A stretch of 63,319 nt of DNA, the filler included, from the NCBI GenBank assembly GCA_964501035.1. It is 3 parts of 3 records of this genome, joined end to end, with 100 filler letters (N's around TTAATTAATTAA, not from the genome) between each part and the next. Parts side by side here need not be neighbours in the genome. Positions count along the whole stretch, not along the records: positions 43,726 to 63,319 come from CAZCRK010000026.1; 2 more parts are not named here. One strand, given 5' to 3'. Numbering within the stretch: the first letter of the stretch is position 1; every line of letters starts with the position of its first letter. The notes under the pieces were generated by a model. That model searched no databases and was not told the DNA's origin. It saw nothing but the letters and a program-made list of their open reading frames with translations. A program made the position numbers and the translations under genes. Shown here piece by piece: positions 61,839 to 63,319 of this stretch.

Positions 61839-62507
61839 TTACTTTTGACGGATTGGAATAAGAAAGAAATAACCAAAGCCAATTGCAATAAACTCACACG
61901 TTATTATGTACCATGGCCAAGGACCCATTATATCAAACAGTGAATTTATTGGAGGTTTTCCCATCATCCACATATAATTAGAATCTAAAAAAACATTAAT
62001 TGGAAGTAAACTTACAAACACTACATTTAACCAAAATAAAGATACAAAAATAGACTTTGGGGTTAATCTGAAGTTATAAACTACTGCAGCATATATAACG
62101 GCTAAAACAAGTCCTGAATGCTCAATAAAATATCCAAAATATTCATACTGTGGAAAATCAATTGTTAAGTCTGGTGTAATGATTCCTTGTAGAGTTCCAA
62201 TGAGTACCCAAAAGTATGTTATCTCAAAGATTTTCTTTGATTTCGTCCATAACATATATGATACAAAAGGTACTGATATTGGACATAAATGTAATGGTAA
62301 ATGCCGAGTTACATCAAAAATTCCTATCCAATAAAAGTTTAATCGACGAATAATCTCTGAAACTATAAGAATAACTGCAATAGTTTTGCCGATTAGTAGA
62401 GCTTTCTCTGGGTATTTTTTTCCAAGTCTAGGAACAATGAGTACAAGAGCAATGCTTACTAAGGAAACAATAATATGTGATATTCCATTTATGGAAAATA
62501 CAGGCAT
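61839..62507 (-). CDS. YwaF/TIGR02206 family membrane protein
   Basis: LPLHLC, TPDL, NYMW..KP, GPWPWY. Confidence 0.85.
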   Translation of the reverse strand: MPVFSINGISHIIVSLVSIALVLIVPRLGKKYPEKALLIGKTIAVILIVSEIIRRLNFYWIGIFDVTRHLPLHLCPISVPFVSYMLWTKSKKIFEITYFWVLIGTLQGIITPDLTIDFPQYEYFGYFIEHSGLVLAVIYAAVVYNFRLTPKSIFVSLFWLNVVFVSLLPINVFLDSNYMWMMGKPPINSLFDIMGPWPWYIITCEFIAIGFGYFFLIPIRQK

Positions 62508-62531
62508 TATAGATTACTCGACTTTAACAAT

Positions 62532-63251
62532 TTATGCATTTGTTAACTGGACAACAGTTTGTTTTCTTTTATATTCTATTCCTACAGGGATATAAATAAA
62601 AATATAATGAAGAATTGCTGCAAATTCTAAACCTAGAATATACCATGGCCACTCGCGAGTAAAAATAAAGGGATTGTTTGCAATTGGTGCTTCTGAAAGA
62701 TACATATAGTTTGCATCAAGTAAGTAGTTTACACTTCCAATGGTAGGTAATACTAATTGAGTAAACAGGAAAATTTTAAACCATGACCATTTTCTAGGCC
62801 TCATCCCAGCAATAATAGTTAAATAAAGGGCAGAAAACATAATTCCGCCATGAGACAAGTAATAATCAAAGAATAAATATCCATTTATCCCAGTTGTAAA
62901 CTCAGGCGATAAAAAGGAATGGAAAGCACCTGTAATACCCCAATAAAACAAAATTTCATAAGCAAATTGATTTCGCCAAATTAATACAATACCTGCTAGA
63001 ATAGATGTTATACCACACATTTGTAGTGGTAAGCTCGATTCTAACGTCCATACTCCAGTTATCATCATATACGAATGATACACTAAAACTCGAGTTAACA
63101 ATACTATTCCAATAATTTTGCTAAACTTTAAATTATCTGTTTCTGATAATCGTTTTCCAGTCATTATCAACAAAACAATCGCAAGTATAGTAAATATATT
63201 ACTTTGCCACCATAATTGGCTAAATATTGGTATTATTTCATGTGGAATCAC
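62532..63251 (-). CDS. YwaF/TIGR02206 family membrane protein (paralog)
   Basis: LPLQMC, SPEF, ANYMYL, WPWYIL. Confidence 0.85.
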   Translation of the reverse strand: MIPHEIIPIFSQLWWQSNIFTILAIVLLIMTGKRLSETDNLKFSKIIGIVLLTRVLVYHSYMMITGVWTLESSLPLQMCGITSILAGIVLIWRNQFAYEILFYWGITGAFHSFLSPEFTTGINGYLFFDYYLSHGGIMFSALYLTIIAGMRPRKWSWFKIFLFTQLVLPTIGSVNYLLDANYMYLSEAPIANNPFIFTREWPWYILGLEFAAILHYIFIYIPVGIEYKRKQTVVQLTNA

Positions 63252-63319
63252 GGTGCAGAATATACTGTAGAAGCAATATACAGTAAAATGTTAAAATAAC
63301 TGAATAAATACCAAGATAT

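Overview
AT-rich bacterial scaffold. Gene content and order (type IX-like C-terminal sorting domains, Cys-rich surface protein, efp-accB-accC-gcvH-gcvPA-GGGPS-xerD) suggest an FCB-superphylum organism, plausibly Marinimicrobia; this is inference. It has three 100-nt N gaps, two carrying an artificial TTAATTAATTAA linker, so gene adjacency across those two is not trustworthy. Most of the window is housekeeping genes (bamD, nadD, ftsEX, grpE-dnaJ, coaD, icd, obgE, dprA, mutL, smpB, tyrS, trpS, scpAB, mdh, recJ, mutS2, dnaG), plus RNase P RNA and a tRNA(CAT). The best signal missing from the ORF track is a ~370-bp integrase-less element at the tRNA 3' end: a small GIY-YIG nuclease gene with one nonsense codon, then a duplicated tRNA T-arm/3' end whose T-loop is interrupted by a 35-nt GC-rich nested hairpin. 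Also notable: a cryptic ComEA/pilin-like/PilM-like/PilN-like cassette, a zincin-propeller-barrel gene upstream of bamD, a group II GGGP synthase, an isolated hypF, a recurring GTAAATT promoter-like motif, candidate operators and an unannotated 44-aa membrane peptide. All calls come from reading motifs by eye; no database searches were run.
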